Shown here in pieces: positions 9,809 through 20,078 of a stretch of DNA of 59,292 nt. The notes beneath the pieces were generated by a model. It did no database searches. It was not told where the DNA came from and worked only from the letters and a program-made list of their open reading frames with translations. The DNA comes from Dehalococcoidia bacterium (lineage in GTDB: Bacteria > Chloroflexota > Dehalococcoidia > DSTF01 > JACRBR01), in assembly GCA_035632115.1 (NCBI GenBank), contig DASQHL010000054.1, positions 1 through 59,292 of the forward strand, written 5' to 3'. The stretch's first letter is position 1. The number at the start of each line of letters is the position of its first letter. Position numbers and translations under genes: made by a program.

Positions 9809-11059
9809 ATGTATGACGTAGACCAGATCCGCAAGGACTTCCCCATCCTCGACCGGAAGGTGCACGGGCGCCCGCTCGTCTACCTCGACAACGCCGCCAC
9901 CACCCAGAAGCCCCGCCAGGTGATCGACGCCCTCGTCCACTACTACGAGCACTACAACGCCAACATCCACCGCGGCCTGCACACGCTGGCCGAAGAGGCG
10001 ACCGCCGCGTACGAGGCGTCCCGCGCGAAGACGGGCCGCTTCATCAACGCCGAACATCCCGAGCAGGAGATCATCTTCACCCGCAACACGACGGAGGCGA
10101 TCAACCTCGTCGCCTACGCCTGGGGCCGCGCCAACCTCACCCCCGGCGACGAGATCGTCTTCTCCGCCATGGAGCACCACAGCAACCTCATCCCGTGGCA
10201 GCTCGCCGCCGAGGCAACCGGCGCGCGCCTCGTGCACGTCGATATCGACGCCACCGGCCACCTGGTGTGGGACGACCTGCTGGCGAAGATCACCGAGCGC
10301 ACGAAGATCGTCGCCATCTCGCAGATGTCGAACGTCCTCGGCACCATCAACCCCATCCGCGAGATCGCGGCCGTCGCCCACCGCGCCGGCGCGCTCCTGC
10401 TCGTCGATGGCGCGCAGAGCGTGCCGCACATGCCCGTCGACGTCCGCGACCTCGATTGCGACTTCCTCGCCTTCTCCGCCCACAAGATGCTCGGCCCCAC
10501 CGGCGTCGGCGTCCTCTACGGCAAGCGCGCCCTCCTCGATGCCATGCCCCCGTTCCTCGGCGGCGGCGAGATGATCAAGCGCGTCACGTTCGATGCCAGC
10601 ACCTACGCCGACTTGCCCCACAAGTTCGAGGCCGGCACGCCCAACATCGCCGACGTGATCGCGTTCGGCGCCGCGATCGACTACCTCCAAGGCCTCGGTA
10701 TGGAGGCCGTCCGCCAGCACGAGATCGCGCTCACGCGGTACGCCATCGACCGCCTCCGCTCCGTCGATGGCGTAGCCGTCTACGGCCCGACCGATGCGGC
10801 CGAGAAGGGCGGCGCCGTCGCCTTCAACTACGGCGACCTCCACCCGCACGACCTCAGCCAGGTGCTCGACCAGGAGGGCATCGCCATCCGCGCCGGTCAC
10901 CACTGCGCCCAACCGCTCATGCGCGAGCTCGGCGTCGTCGCCACCGCCCGCGCCAGCTTCTACCTGTACAATAGAGAGGACGAGGTCGATGCGCTGATCG
11001 AGGGCATCCGCGCCAGCGACCGGATATTCGGCCATGTCGCAAGAGCTGCAACTGGATGA
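9809..11059 (+). CDS. sufS: Cysteine desulfurase SufS (group II)
   Basis: ATG 9809 begins MYDVDQIRKDFPIL. PLP lysine context SAHKMLGPTG; active-site loop RAGHHCAQP. Confidence 0.95.
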   Translation: MYDVDQIRKDFPILDRKVHGRPLVYLDNAATTQKPRQVIDALVHYYEHYNANIHRGLHTLAEEATAAYEASRAKTGRFINAEHPEQEIIFTRNTTEAINLVAYAWGRANLTPGDEIVFSAMEHHSNLIPWQLAAEATGARLVHVDIDATGHLVWDDLLAKITERTKIVAISQMSNVLGTINPIREIAAVAHRAGALLLVDGAQSVPHMPVDVRDLDCDFLAFSAHKMLGPTGVGVLYGKRALLDAMPPFLGGGEMIKRVTFDASTYADLPHKFEAGTPNIADVIAFGAAIDYLQGLGMEAVRQHEIALTRYAIDRLRSVDGVAVYGPTDAAEKGGAVAFNYGDLHPHDLSQVLDQEGIAIRAGHHCAQPLMRELGVVATARASFYLYNREDEVDALIEGIRASDRIFGHVARAATG

Positions 11060-11504
11060 GCTCTACCGGGAGCTCATCCTCGACCACTACAAGCACCCCC
11101 GCCACCACGAAAAACTCGTCGGTGCCGACGTCATCGCCGAGGGCTACAACCCCGTGTGCGGCGACGAGGTCGAGATGCAGCTCATGTTCGAAGGCGACCG
11201 CCTGACCGGCATCGGCCTGCTCGGCCGCGGCTGCTCCATCAGCCAGGCCTCCGGTTCCATGATGTCCGACCTCGTGCTCGGCAAGGACACTGGCGAGATC
11301 CGCCGCCTCTCCGACGAGTTCAACGCCATGCTCAAGGACGGCGACGCACCGGTCCCCGAGGACCTCGGCGATCTCGAAGCGCTGCAGGGCGTCGCGAAGT
11401 TCGCCGTCCGCGTCAAGTGCGCCACCCTCGCCTGGCACACCCTCGCCGATGGCATCGCCCAGCACGAACAAGGCGCCGCCACCGCCCGCCGCGAGGAGAT
11501 GTAG
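11034..11504 (+). CDS. sufU: SufU/IscU-like sulfur acceptor
   Basis: Has NPVCGDEVE, GRGCSISQAS and KCATLAWH. Overlaps the sufS 3' end by 26 nt. Confidence 0.9.
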   Translation: MSQELQLDELYRELILDHYKHPRHHEKLVGADVIAEGYNPVCGDEVEMQLMFEGDRLTGIGLLGRGCSISQASGSMMSDLVLGKDTGEIRRLSDEFNAMLKDGDAPVPEDLGDLEALQGVAKFAVRVKCATLAWHTLADGIAQHEQGAATARREEM

Positions 11505-11513
11505 GTGGTCGGT

Positions 11514-11597
11514 GGTTCTGAGTTCTGGGTTCCAGGTTCTAGGTTGTGGGTTCTAGGTTCTTCACTGTTTGCCGTTTGACGTTTGCTGTTCTGACCC
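11514..11597 (+). repeat. Heptamer-periodic GT-rich tandem tract (about 7 good + 4 degenerate units of GGTTCTN)
   Basis: GGTTCTG AGTTCTG GGTTCCA GGTTCTA GGTTGTG GGTTCTA GGTTCTT CACTGTT TGCCGTT TGACGTT TGCTGTT. It lies between the sufU stop (11504) and the DUF59 start (11614). Confidence 0.85.
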
Positions 11598-11613
11598 CCC
11601 GGGAGGTGCGCAC

Positions 11614-11934
11614 ATGTCCGTAAAAGGTCTGCTGTCAGAGGAACTCGTGATGGAGCGTCTGAAGGACGTCTTCGACCCGGAGATCCACATGAGCATCGTC
11701 GAACTCGGCCTCGTGTACGAGGTCGTCATCTCCGACGATGGCGTCGTCGACGTCATCTACACCCTCACCAGCCCCGGCTGCCCCCTCGGCCCAGTCATCG
11801 ATGGCCAGATCCAGGACGTCCTCATCGACCTCCCCGGCGTCAAGGAAGTCCGCGGCAAAGTCACCTTCTCCCCCCCCTGGGACCCCCGCACCATGGCCAG
11901 CGACGACGTCAAAATGCAGCTCGGCATCTGGTGA
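11614..11934 (+). CDS. sufT: DUF59/SufT-type Fe-S assembly factor
   Basis: ATG 11614 follows GGGAGG. DVFDPEIHMSIVELGLVY...LTSPGCPLG is the DUF59 (MIP18/PaaD-like) signature. It is the last gene of the suf cluster. Confidence 0.8.
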   Translation: MSVKGLLSEELVMERLKDVFDPEIHMSIVELGLVYEVVISDDGVVDVIYTLTSPGCPLGPVIDGQIQDVLIDLPGVKEVRGKVTFSPPWDPRTMASDDVKMQLGIW

Positions 11935-11955
11935 GCCACCACAGCCGCCGCCGGC

Positions 11956-13086
11956 TCACGGGAAGACCCCGCGGACGAACGCCGTGAGCGCCGCCGCCGC
12001 CCCGCTCGAGAACGGCAGCGCGGGATTCGCATAGTCCGTCGCCGGGTTCGGCGTCCCCGGCACCTCCTTGAACACGTGGTCCACATTCGGCAGCTCCACC
12101 ACCCGCACGTGCTCGTTGTTCGCCCGCGCGAACCCAGCCTGCAGCGCCGCGATGTCGCTCTCGGAGATCTGCTGGTCCTTCGCGCCGTGCAGGATCAGCA
12201 CCGGCAAGCTCGCGGGTAGCGTCGCCGCGAGCTGCGCCGGGTCGTACCGCTCGACCTGCCCGAGGAACTTCTCGTTCGCCGCCGTGAAGATCTGTGCGAG
12301 CACCGGATCAGTAATTGGCTGCCCCGCGGGATACGCGCCCGTCGCCCTCAGGCTCGCCACGATGCCGTCCAGGCGCGCGATCGTCGCACCCTCCTCCGCA
12401 CGCGTGATCCGGCCCGCGCTGACTGCGGCATCGAGCTGCGCCCCGAGCTGGTTGGCGATCGTCTCCAGGTAGCCGATGCCTGGTGGCGCGGCCAGCACGA
12501 GCGCCCCCGGCGCTGCTCCGCCGCTGCGCTGGCCTGCGACAATCAGCGCGATCAGCGCCCCTTCGCTGTGGCCCAGGATCAACACGCGGCTCGGGTCCAC
12601 CTCCGGCAGCGACCGCAGGTAGTCGTACGCCGCCAGCGCTTCGCCCACGTACGTGTCGAAGCCGATGTCGGCTGGATGCGTGGCGAAGCTGGCGAGCCCC
12701 GTCTTCCCGGTGCCGAGCTTGTCGTAGCGCAACGAGGCGACGCCGGCGGCCGCGAGCACGCTCGCGAAGTTCGACAGCGTGTCGATCCGCCCCGCGATTA
12801 GCTTGCTGTTGCCGTTGCGGTCCGTCGGCCCACTCCCTGCAAGGATCAGCGCCGCGGGCACGCGGCCGGACGCGTCGCGTGGCAGCTCCAGCGTTCCGAA
12901 GATGGTGTCGTTGCCCGCCCTGAACGAGACGTCGCGCTCCGGCGGCGTCGCTGTGCCTGCCGCCGCGCTCGGCGAAGCGCCGCTCCGGGGCGGTCCGGAG
13001 CTACCACCGCAGCCTGCGACGATCAGCGGTAGCCCGCAGAGCACCAGCCCGAACACCACGCTTCGAAGTTGCACGCCACGCCTCAC
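11956..13086 (-). CDS. Secreted (lipoprotein) alpha/beta-fold serine hydrolase
   Basis: Nucleophile elbow ILGHSEGA. Lipobox LPLIVAGCGG. Start set at in-frame GTG 13086; GTG 13074 and the ORF-track start 13188 are alternatives. Confidence 0.75.
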   Translation of the reverse strand: MRRGVQLRSVVFGLVLCGLPLIVAGCGGSSGPPRSGASPSAAAGTATPPERDVSFRAGNDTIFGTLELPRDASGRVPAALILAGSGPTDRNGNSKLIAGRIDTLSNFASVLAAAGVASLRYDKLGTGKTGLASFATHPADIGFDTYVGEALAAYDYLRSLPEVDPSRVLILGHSEGALIALIVAGQRSGGAAPGALVLAAPPGIGYLETIANQLGAQLDAAVSAGRITRAEEGATIARLDGIVASLRATGAYPAGQPITDPVLAQIFTAANEKFLGQVERYDPAQLAATLPASLPVLILHGAKDQQISESDIAALQAGFARANNEHVRVVELPNVDHVFKEVPGTPNPATDYANPALPFSSGAAAALTAFVRGVFP

Positions 13087-13309
13087 CGCATCCCGGGACG
13101 AGTGTATCCGGCCCAGGTGCCTGTCAGCGATGAGGTTTGCGCATGCATTGCTTGTCAAACATCCGGTGCTCCGGTAATATCCCCGCAACTTCGCTGAGAT
13201 GCTTCGGCGGGCCGCTGATCCCGGCGATCCGAAGCTGCACGGGCGCCGCTGGCGCTCGTTGCCGTTTCCCCCGCAACACGGGCGGGCCGGTTCAGGCGAG
13301 GCAACCGCG

Positions 13310-13329
13310 ATTGTGAAGTGTGTTACAAT
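13310..13329 (+). promoter_or_regulatory. Extended -10 promoter (TGT-TACAAT) overlapped by a 7-6-7 inverted repeat ATTGTGA-N6-TTACAAT upstream of gltB
   Basis: TG at 13321-22 and TACAAT at 13324-29. Palindrome arms are 13310-16 and 13323-29 with one mismatch. A second nested repeat, GAAGTG...CACTTC, lies at 13315-20 / 13335-40. Confidence 0.4.
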
Positions 13330-13363
13330 TCGCGCACTTCCGCGTCGCTAATGGCAGGTCATC

Positions 13364-16300
13364 GTGAGAGCTCCCCTCAACAGGCCCGATCCGGAACGGG
13401 ACGGCTGCGGCACCGGCTTCCTCGCCGAAAGTGCCCGCGCCTCCTCGTCGCCTGAATCCGGAGACCGGCGGGCCCTGCCGTTCAGCGCGCTTCCCCCGGC
13501 AGGCGGCCTCTACGACCCCCGCTTCGAACACGATGCCTGTGGCGTCGGGTTCGTTGTCGATGTGACGGGCGCGAAGAGCCGCGACGTCGTCGATACCGCC
13601 CTCGGCGCCCTCTGCAATCTCGACCACCGGGGCGCCTCCGGAGCCGAAGTCAACACCGGCGATGGTGCCGGCATCCTCATTCAGGTGCCGGACGCGTTCC
13701 TCCGCGCCGTTGCCCCGTTCGAGTTGCCCCCCGCTGGTGCGTACGGTGTTGGGCTCGCCTTCCTCCCGTCTGGCACCACCGCCGCCGATCGAGCGCGCTG
13801 CGCCGTGGAAGACCTCGCGCGTCAGCAGGGGTTGAGCGTCGTCGGCTGGCGTGGCGTACCGGTGGATGACGGCATGATCGGTCCGACCGCGCGCGCCGTC
13901 ATGCCATCATTCTGGCACTGCTTCGTCACCGACCCCGCCGGGTCCGTCGGCATCGACCTCGACCGCAAGCTCTTCGTGCTTCGGAAGCTCACTGAGCACG
14001 AGATGGCCGCCGATCTGCCCGTCTACTTCGCCTCGCTCTCCAGCCGCACGCTCGTCTACAAGGGCATGCTCACGACGCCGCAACTCGCCCAGTTCTTCCC
14101 CGATCTGAACGACCCCCGCATCGAGTCGGCGCTCGCGCTCGTGCACAGCCGCTTCTCCACCAACACGTTCCCGTCCTGGCCGCTCGCCCACCCGTATCGA
14201 TTCCTCGCTCACAACGGCGAGATCAACACCGTCCAGGGCAACCGCAACTGGATGCGCGCCCGCGCCGCCCAGATATCGACGCCCCTCATCCCCGACCTCG
14301 ATCGCGCCTTCCCGATCATCACCGAGGGCTCGTCCGATACCGCGAGCTTCGACGAGTGTCTCGAGCTGCTCCACCTCGCCGGCCGCCCCCTCGCCCACGC
14401 CGTGCTGATGATGATCCCGGAGGCGTGGGAGAACCATGCAACCATGCCGGCGGCCCGCCGCGCCTTCTATCGCTACCACTCGTCGCTCATCGAGCCCTGG
14501 GATGGCCCCGCGTCCATCGCCTTCACCGATGGCACGGTGATCGGCGCCGTCCTCGACCGCAACGGCCTGCGCCCCAGCCGCTACTGGGTCACCGACGACA
14601 ACCGCGTCATCATGGCCAGCGAAACCGGCGTGGTGGATATCGATCCGGCGCGCGTGGTCAAGAAGGGCCGCTTGCAGCCCGGAAAGATGTTCCTCGTCGA
14701 TACCGCTCTCGGCCGCATCGTCGATGACGAGGAGATCAAGGACGCGCTCGCCGCCGAGCACCCCTATGAGCAGTGGTGCGACGAGAACATCGTGCACCTC
14801 AGCGACCTGCCCGATCGCGAGCACATCGTGTATTCACACCAGTCTGTCGTACGCCGCCAGATGACCTTCGGTTACACCCATGAGGAGCTGAAGCTTCTCG
14901 TCGCGCCGATGGCGCGGACCGGCGGCGAGGCGCTCGGCTCCATGGGCACCGATACCCCCGTGGCCGTCCTGTCCGAGCGATCGCGCCTCCTCTTCGACTA
15001 CTTCCAGGAGCTGTTTGCGCAGGTGACCAATCCGCCGCTCGACGCGATCCGCGAAGAGCTCGTCACGGCGCTTACCTCCAACATCGGTGCCGAGGGCAAT
15101 CTGCTCGATTGCCAGCCCGATGCCTGTCACCAGATCGCGCTGCCGTTCCCCATCATCGATAACGACGAGCTCGCCAAGCTCATCCACATCAACGACGACG
15201 GCGACCGCCCGGAGTTCGCCGCGCGCGTCATCTCCGGCTTCTACCGCGTGGCCGGTGGTGGGGCCGCGCTCCGCGAGGCGCTCGATCGCGTGCGCGCCGA
15301 AGCGTCCGCGGCGATCGCCGATGGCGTCCGCATCATCGTGCTCTCCGATCGCGATTCCGGTCCGGATCTCGCGCCCATCCCGTCGCTGCTCCTCGTCTCC
15401 GCCGTGCACCACCATCTGATCCGTGAGCTCAAGCGGACGCAGGTCGGCCTCGTGCTGGAGACCGGCGACGCGCGAGAGGTCCACCACATGGCGCTGCTCA
15501 TCGGCTACGGCGCCGGCGCGATCAACCCCTACCTCGCCTTCGAGTCCATCGAGGATCTCGCCGCTCAAGGGCTGTACGGCCTCGGCGAGATCGACCCCCA
15601 CCAGGCGATCAAGAACTACGTGAAGGCTGCCGGCAAGGGCGTGCTGAAGGTGATGTCGAAGATGGGCATCTCCACCGTCGCGTCGTACCGCGCCGCCCAG
15701 GTCTTCGAGGCGATCGGCCTTGGCCAGGCGCTCGTCGACGAGTACTTCACCGGTACGGTGTCGCGTCTCGACGGCATCGGGCTCGACGAGATCGCGGAGG
15801 AGGTCGCCCGTCGGCATCGCCGCGCCTACGCGCCCCGCCCCGCCGAGCTCGCCCACCGCGATCTGGAGTTGGGCGGCGAGTACCAGTGGCGTCGCGAAGG
15901 CGAGTACCACCTGTTCAATCCGGAGACGGTGTTCAAGCTCCAGCACGCCACCCGGTCCGGCCGGTTCGAGGTCTTCAAGGAGTACACCCGCCTCGTCGAT
16001 GACCAGTCACGGCGCCTCGCTACGCTCCGTGGCCTGTTTACCCTCCGCGAGGGCCTGCGCCCGCCCGTCCCCATCGACGAAGTGGAGCCGGCGAGCGAGA
16101 TCATCAGGCGCTTCGCCACCGGCGCCATGTCCTACGGCTCGATTTCGAAGGAGGTCCACGAGACGCTCGCCATCGCCATGAACCGGATGGGCGCCAAGTC
16201 CAATACCGGCGAGGGCGGCGAGGATCCTGACCGGTACGTGCGCGATGAGAACGGCGATCTCCGCCGCTCCGCGGTCCACCAGGTCGCGTCGGGCCGCTTC

Positions 16301-18040
16301 GGCGTCACGTCGGAGTACCTCGTCAACGCCGACGATCTCCAGATCAAGATGGCCCAGGGCGCCAAGCCCGGCGAAGGCGGCCAGCTCCCCGGCCACAAGG
16401 TCTACCCGTGGATCGCCAGGACGCGCTACTCAACGCCCGGCGTCGGCCTGATCAGCCCGCCCCCGCATCACGACATCTATTCAATCGAGGACATCAAGCA
16501 GCTGATCCACGACCTGAAGAACGCCAATCCGGCCGCGCGCGTGCACGTGAAGCTCGTGGCGCAGGTCGGCGTGGGCACCGTTGCCGCCGGCGTGGCGAAA
16601 GCGCACAGCGATGTCGTGCTCATCTCGGGCCACGATGGTGGCACGGGCGCGTCGCCCCTCACATCGATCAAGCACGCCGGCGCGCCCTGGGAGCTGGGCC
16701 TCGCGGAAACCCAGCAGACCCTCATGCGCAACGGCCTGCGTGACCGGATCGTCGTCCAGGTCGATGGGCAGCTCAAGACCGGCCGCGACGTGGTGATCGC
16801 CGCGCTGCTCGGCGGCGAGGAGTTCGGCTTCGGCACCGCTCCGCTGGTCGTGAGCGGCTGCGTGATGATGCGCGTCTGCCATCTCGATACGTGCCCCGTC
16901 GGCATCGCTACCCAGAACCCGGAGCTGCGCAAACGCTTCGCCGGCAAGCCGGAGTTCGTCGTCACCTTCTTCGAGTTCATCGCCGAGGAGGTCCGCGAGT
17001 ATCTCGCGGCGCTCGGCTTCCGTTCCGTCGCCGAGGCGATCGGCCACTCCGAGGTGCTGGACGTGCGGTCGGCCATCGACCACTGGAAGGCGCACAGTCT
17101 CGATCTCACGCCGATCCTCGCTGAGGCCGAGAACCCGTACGACGGCCAGGCGCGCTTCTGCACGCGTGGCCAGGATCACGGCCTGGACCGCGCACTCGAT
17201 CGCTGGCTCATCAAGCTCTCTGCCGCCGCGCTGGCCGATGGGAGCGCGGTCGAGATCGAAGCTCCCGTACGCAATACGAACCGCTCCGTCGGTACGATGC
17301 TCGGCTCGGAGCTGACGAAGCGCTGGGGTGGCGCCGGTCTCCCCGACAACACGATCCGTATCCACCTGCGCGGGTCCGCCGGCCAGAGCTTCGGCGCGTT
17401 CGTGCCGCGCGGCATCACGCTCCGCCTCGAGGGTGACGCGAACGACTACACCGCGAAGGGCCTCTCAGGCGGCATCGTCATCGTCCACCCGGACCGTGAT
17501 GCGCTGTTCCCGGCCGAGGACAATGTCGTCGCCGGCAACGTGGTGCTCTACGGGGCAACGGGCGGCGAGGCGTACCTGCGTGGTACCGTCGGCGAGCGGT
17601 TCTGCGTCCGGAACTCCGGCGCCACCGCTGTGACCGAGGGCATCGGCGACCACGGCTGCGAGTACATGACCGGCGGCAGGGTGGTCGTGCTCGGCCCCAC
17701 CGGGCGGAACTTCGCGGCCGGCATGTCCGGCGGCATCGCCTACGTCTACGACCCGGATGGTCGCTTCCCCGCGCTCATCAACTACCAGATGGTGGAGTTG
17801 GAGCCACTCTGCGCCGCTGATCGTGAGTGGCTGCGCGCTACCGTGGAGCGTCACCGCGAGCTCACCGGCTCAGATGTCGCCGATCGCTTGCTTGGCCAGT
17901 GGGAGAGCGAGGTCGAGTCGTTTCGCAAGGTCATGCCGCAAGATTTCAAGCGCGTGCTCACCGTTATGGACGAGGCGGCCGCCGCCGGCGCGTCCGAACA
18001 GGAGACGCTGCAGCGCGTCATGGCAGCGGCCCATGGGTGA
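13364..18040 (+). CDS. gltB: Glutamate synthase large subunit
   Basis: 1558 aa. Ntn amidotransferase Cys in HDACGVGF, a central FMN/3Fe-4S region ([13 protein letters not shown]), and a C-terminal GXGXG beta-helix domain. GTG start; the exact start is uncertain. Confidence 0.95.
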   Translation: MRAPLNRPDPERDGCGTGFLAESARASSSPESGDRRALPFSALPPAGGLYDPRFEHDACGVGFVVDVTGAKSRDVVDTALGALCNLDHRGASGAEVNTGDGAGILIQVPDAFLRAVAPFELPPAGAYGVGLAFLPSGTTAADRARCAVEDLARQQGLSVVGWRGVPVDDGMIGPTARAVMPSFWHCFVTDPAGSVGIDLDRKLFVLRKLTEHEMAADLPVYFASLSSRTLVYKGMLTTPQLAQFFPDLNDPRIESALALVHSRFSTNTFPSWPLAHPYRFLAHNGEINTVQGNRNWMRARAAQISTPLIPDLDRAFPIITEGSSDTASFDECLELLHLAGRPLAHAVLMMIPEAWENHATMPAARRAFYRYHSSLIEPWDGPASIAFTDGTVIGAVLDRNGLRPSRYWVTDDNRVIMASETGVVDIDPARVVKKGRLQPGKMFLVDTALGRIVDDEEIKDALAAEHPYEQWCDENIVHLSDLPDREHIVYSHQSVVRRQMTFGYTHEELKLLVAPMARTGGEALGSMGTDTPVAVLSERSRLLFDYFQELFAQVTNPPLDAIREELVTALTSNIGAEGNLLDCQPDACHQIALPFPIIDNDELAKLIHINDDGDRPEFAARVISGFYRVAGGGAALREALDRVRAEASAAIADGVRIIVLSDRDSGPDLAPIPSLLLVSAVHHHLIRELKRTQVGLVLETGDAREVHHMALLIGYGAGAINPYLAFESIEDLAAQGLYGLGEIDPHQAIKNYVKAAGKGVLKVMSKMGISTVASYRAAQVFEAIGLGQALVDEYFTGTVSRLDGIGLDEIAEEVARRHRRAYAPRPAELAHRDLELGGEYQWRREGEYHLFNPETVFKLQHATRSGRFEVFKEYTRLVDDQSRRLATLRGLFTLREGLRPPVPIDEVEPASEIIRRFATGAMSYGSISKEVHETLAIAMNRMGAKSNTGEGGEDPDRYVRDENGDLRRSAVHQVASGRFGVTSEYLVNADDLQIKMAQGAKPGEGGQLPGHKVYPWIARTRYSTPGVGLISPPPHHDIYSIEDIKQLIHDLKNANPAARVHVKLVAQVGVGTVAAGVAKAHSDVVLISGHDGGTGASPLTSIKHAGAPWELGLAETQQTLMRNGLRDRIVVQVDGQLKTGRDVVIAALLGGEEFGFGTAPLVVSGCVMMRVCHLDTCPVGIATQNPELRKRFAGKPEFVVTFFEFIAEEVREYLAALGFRSVAEAIGHSEVLDVRSAIDHWKAHSLDLTPILAEAENPYDGQARFCTRGQDHGLDRALDRWLIKLSAAALADGSAVEIEAPVRNTNRSVGTMLGSELTKRWGGAGLPDNTIRIHLRGSAGQSFGAFVPRGITLRLEGDANDYTAKGLSGGIVIVHPDRDALFPAEDNVVAGNVVLYGATGGEAYLRGTVGERFCVRNSGATAVTEGIGDHGCEYMTGGRVVVLGPTGRNFAAGMSGGIAYVYDPDGRFPALINYQMVELEPLCAADREWLRATVERHRELTGSDVADRLLGQWESEVESFRKVMPQDFKRVLTVMDEAAAAGASEQETLQRVMAAAHG

Positions 18041-19481
18041 AGCGACGGGCTTCTTGAAGTGGGGACGCGTCACGCCTCAGCGCCGCCCGGTCTCGGTGCG
18101 ACTGCACGATTGGCACGAGGTCTACGAGCCGTTCGAGCGCGAGGCGCTGAAGCAGCAGGCCGGCCGATGCATGGACTGCGGCATCCCGTTCTGCAACAGC
18201 GGCTGCCCGCTCGGCAACCTGATCCCTGATTGGAACGACCTGGTGTACCGCGATCGTTGGCGCGAGGCGATCGAGCGCCTGCACGCGACGAACAACTTCC
18301 CGGAGTTTACCGGTCGGCTCTGCCCCGCGCCGTGTGAGGCGTCCTGCGTGCTCGGCATCAATCAGGATCCCGTGACGATCAAGCAGGTGGAGGTGGAGAT
18401 CGTCGATCGGGCCTGGAACGAAGGCTGGATCCAGCCCGTGATGCCGACCGTTCGCACGGGAAAGCGCGTCGCCGTCGTCGGCTCAGGCCCTGCGGGGCTC
18501 GCGGCGGCGCAGCAGCTCACCCGCGCCGGACACGACGTCGTGGTGTTCGAGCGCGCCGATCGCATCGGTGGCCTCCTGCGCTACGGTATCCCGGAGTTCA
18601 AGATGGAGAAGCGCCACCTCGACCGCCGCCTCGAACAGTTGCGCGCGGAAGGCACACAGTTTCGACCGAACGTGAACGTCGGCGTGGATCTCGCCGTGCC
18701 GGAGCTGCTCGAGTTCGATGCGACGGTGCTCGCTGGTGGCGCGACGGCCGCCCGTGACTTGCCGATCCCCGGGCGCGAGCTGCGCGGTGTCCATCAGGCG
18801 ATGGAGTACCTGCCGATCGGGAATCGGGTGCAGCAGGGGGATCTGCCGGCGCCTACCATCACGGCGGCAGGCAAGCGCGTCGTGATCATCGGCGGTGGCG
18901 ACACGGGCGCCGACTGCCTTGGCACGGCGCATCGTCAGGGCGCGGTGTCCGTGCACCAGTTCGAGATCCTCCCGCGCCCGCCGGACAGCCGTGCGCCAAC
19001 GAACCCGTGGCCCACGTGGTCAAACGTCTTTCGTGTGTCTTCGGCGCACGAGGAGGGCGGTGAACGGGTCTTCAGTGTGAACACCGAGCGCTTCGTCGGC
19101 GATGACGCCGGGACGGTCCGGGCGCTGGTTGCGCATGAGGTCAGGCTGGTGGACCGCCGCTTCGAGAAGGTGGATGGGACGGACTTCGAGATCCCCTGCG
19201 AGCTGGTTCTGCTGGCCCTGGGCTTCGTCGGACCCGAGCGGGACGGGTTGCTCGAGGGTCTCGGAGTCGAGTTCGACCCGCGCGGCAACGTCGCGCGCGA
19301 TGGCGCGTTCATGACGAGTGTGCCCGGCGTGTTCGCCTGCGGCGACCTGGGCCGCGGCCAGAGCTTGATCGTCTGGGCGATCGCCGAGGGGCGCTCCTGT
19401 GCCGCGGCGGTCGACCGGCGCCTGATGGGGGACACGCAGCTCGCGGTGCCCATCGAGCCGTCTGCGCGCCCGTTGCTCTGA
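18033..19481 (+). CDS. gltD: Glutamate synthase small (NADPH) subunit
   Basis: ATG 18033 overlaps the gltB stop by 8 nt. Cys clusters CMDCGIPFC and CPLGN; Rossmann motif [12 protein letters not shown]. Confidence 0.95.
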   Translation: MGEATGFLKWGRVTPQRRPVSVRLHDWHEVYEPFEREALKQQAGRCMDCGIPFCNSGCPLGNLIPDWNDLVYRDRWREAIERLHATNNFPEFTGRLCPAPCEASCVLGINQDPVTIKQVEVEIVDRAWNEGWIQPVMPTVRTGKRVAVVGSGPAGLAAAQQLTRAGHDVVVFERADRIGGLLRYGIPEFKMEKRHLDRRLEQLRAEGTQFRPNVNVGVDLAVPELLEFDATVLAGGATAARDLPIPGRELRGVHQAMEYLPIGNRVQQGDLPAPTITAAGKRVVIIGGGDTGADCLGTAHRQGAVSVHQFEILPRPPDSRAPTNPWPTWSNVFRVSSAHEEGGERVFSVNTERFVGDDAGTVRALVAHEVRLVDRRFEKVDGTDFEIPCELVLLALGFVGPERDGLLEGLGVEFDPRGNVARDGAFMTSVPGVFACGDLGRGQSLIVWAIAEGRSCAAAVDRRLMGDTQLAVPIEPSARPLL

Positions 19482-19561
19482 GGGTTTCCTTTCGGGGCGT
19501 TCAGGTCGCCGTACTCCGGTTGACGTACGCAGTTGCAGCCCAGGGAACTCTTGGTCTGGCC

Positions 19562-19605
19562 TTGACAAATCCATGGTCATCAATCGATAATGATGTACAT
19601 CGATG
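19562..19605 (+). promoter_or_regulatory. Promoter (TTGACA-18 nt-GATAAT) with overlapping palindromic operator candidates for the TA module
   Basis: The -35 is at 19562-67 and the -10 at 19586-91. Inverted repeat CATCA-N8-TGATG spans 19578-95. Two ATCGAT palindromes lie at 19583-88 and 19599-604. Confidence 0.5.
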
Positions 19606-19622
19606 TAAGTTGAGGTGTTGTG

Positions 19623-20078
19623 ATGACGGTGCGGCGAAGGCGGACGGTGCCGGCGACGGAGTTGCGGGTTCATTTGGGTGCCGCGTTGCGTGCGCTGGCC
19701 GACGAGGATCTGGTGATCGAGAAGGGAGGTATTCCTGTGGCGTTGCTAACGCGGTACAGCCCGGCCGTTGTGTCCGCGACCGAGTTGGAGACGGAGTACG
19801 CCCGCTCGTTGTCGAAGGTGGCGGGGCCGGGCGGCTGGGAGCGCATGAGCGCGGCCATGGCGGCCGGCTGGGCCGGGGTGAGCGCGGAGGAGATGGTTGC
19901 GAACCTCTATCGTTGGCGGGCGGAGGGTGGGGTGTCGCCCCGCCCTTCGCTCGATGACGACGAGGCTGGAGAGGACGATGATGACGGCGAGGTTCCTGCT
20001 GGACAGCGATATCTGTATCAACGCCGTCCGAAAACGCAACGCGTCGCTGAGGGGCCTCGTCCAGAGTATAAGGTCTGA
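19623..20078 (+). CDS. Type II antitoxin (Phd/YefM-like N-terminus) with a long acidic C-terminal extension
   Basis: The N-terminus TVPATELRVHLGAALRALADEDLVIEKGGIPVALL is Phd/YefM-like. ATG 19623 lies 7 nt after GAGG. The ORF runs 101 nt into the downstream PIN gene. Confidence 0.7.
   Translation: MTVRRRRTVPATELRVHLGAALRALADEDLVIEKGGIPVALLTRYSPAVVSATELETEYARSLSKVAGPGGWERMSAAMAAGWAGVSAEEMVANLYRWRAEGGVSPRPSLDDDEAGEDDDDGEVPAGQRYLYQRRPKTQRVAEGPRPEYKV

Noticed and set aside
19958-19984. Simple frameshift model in which the antitoxin originally ended at the TGATGA overlapping the vapC ATGATG.
   Set aside because: The frame containing those TGA codons is closed by a stop at 19955-57 just upstream. 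One indel therefore cannot be placed confidently from sequence alone. The point is kept only as a caveat in the TA finding.
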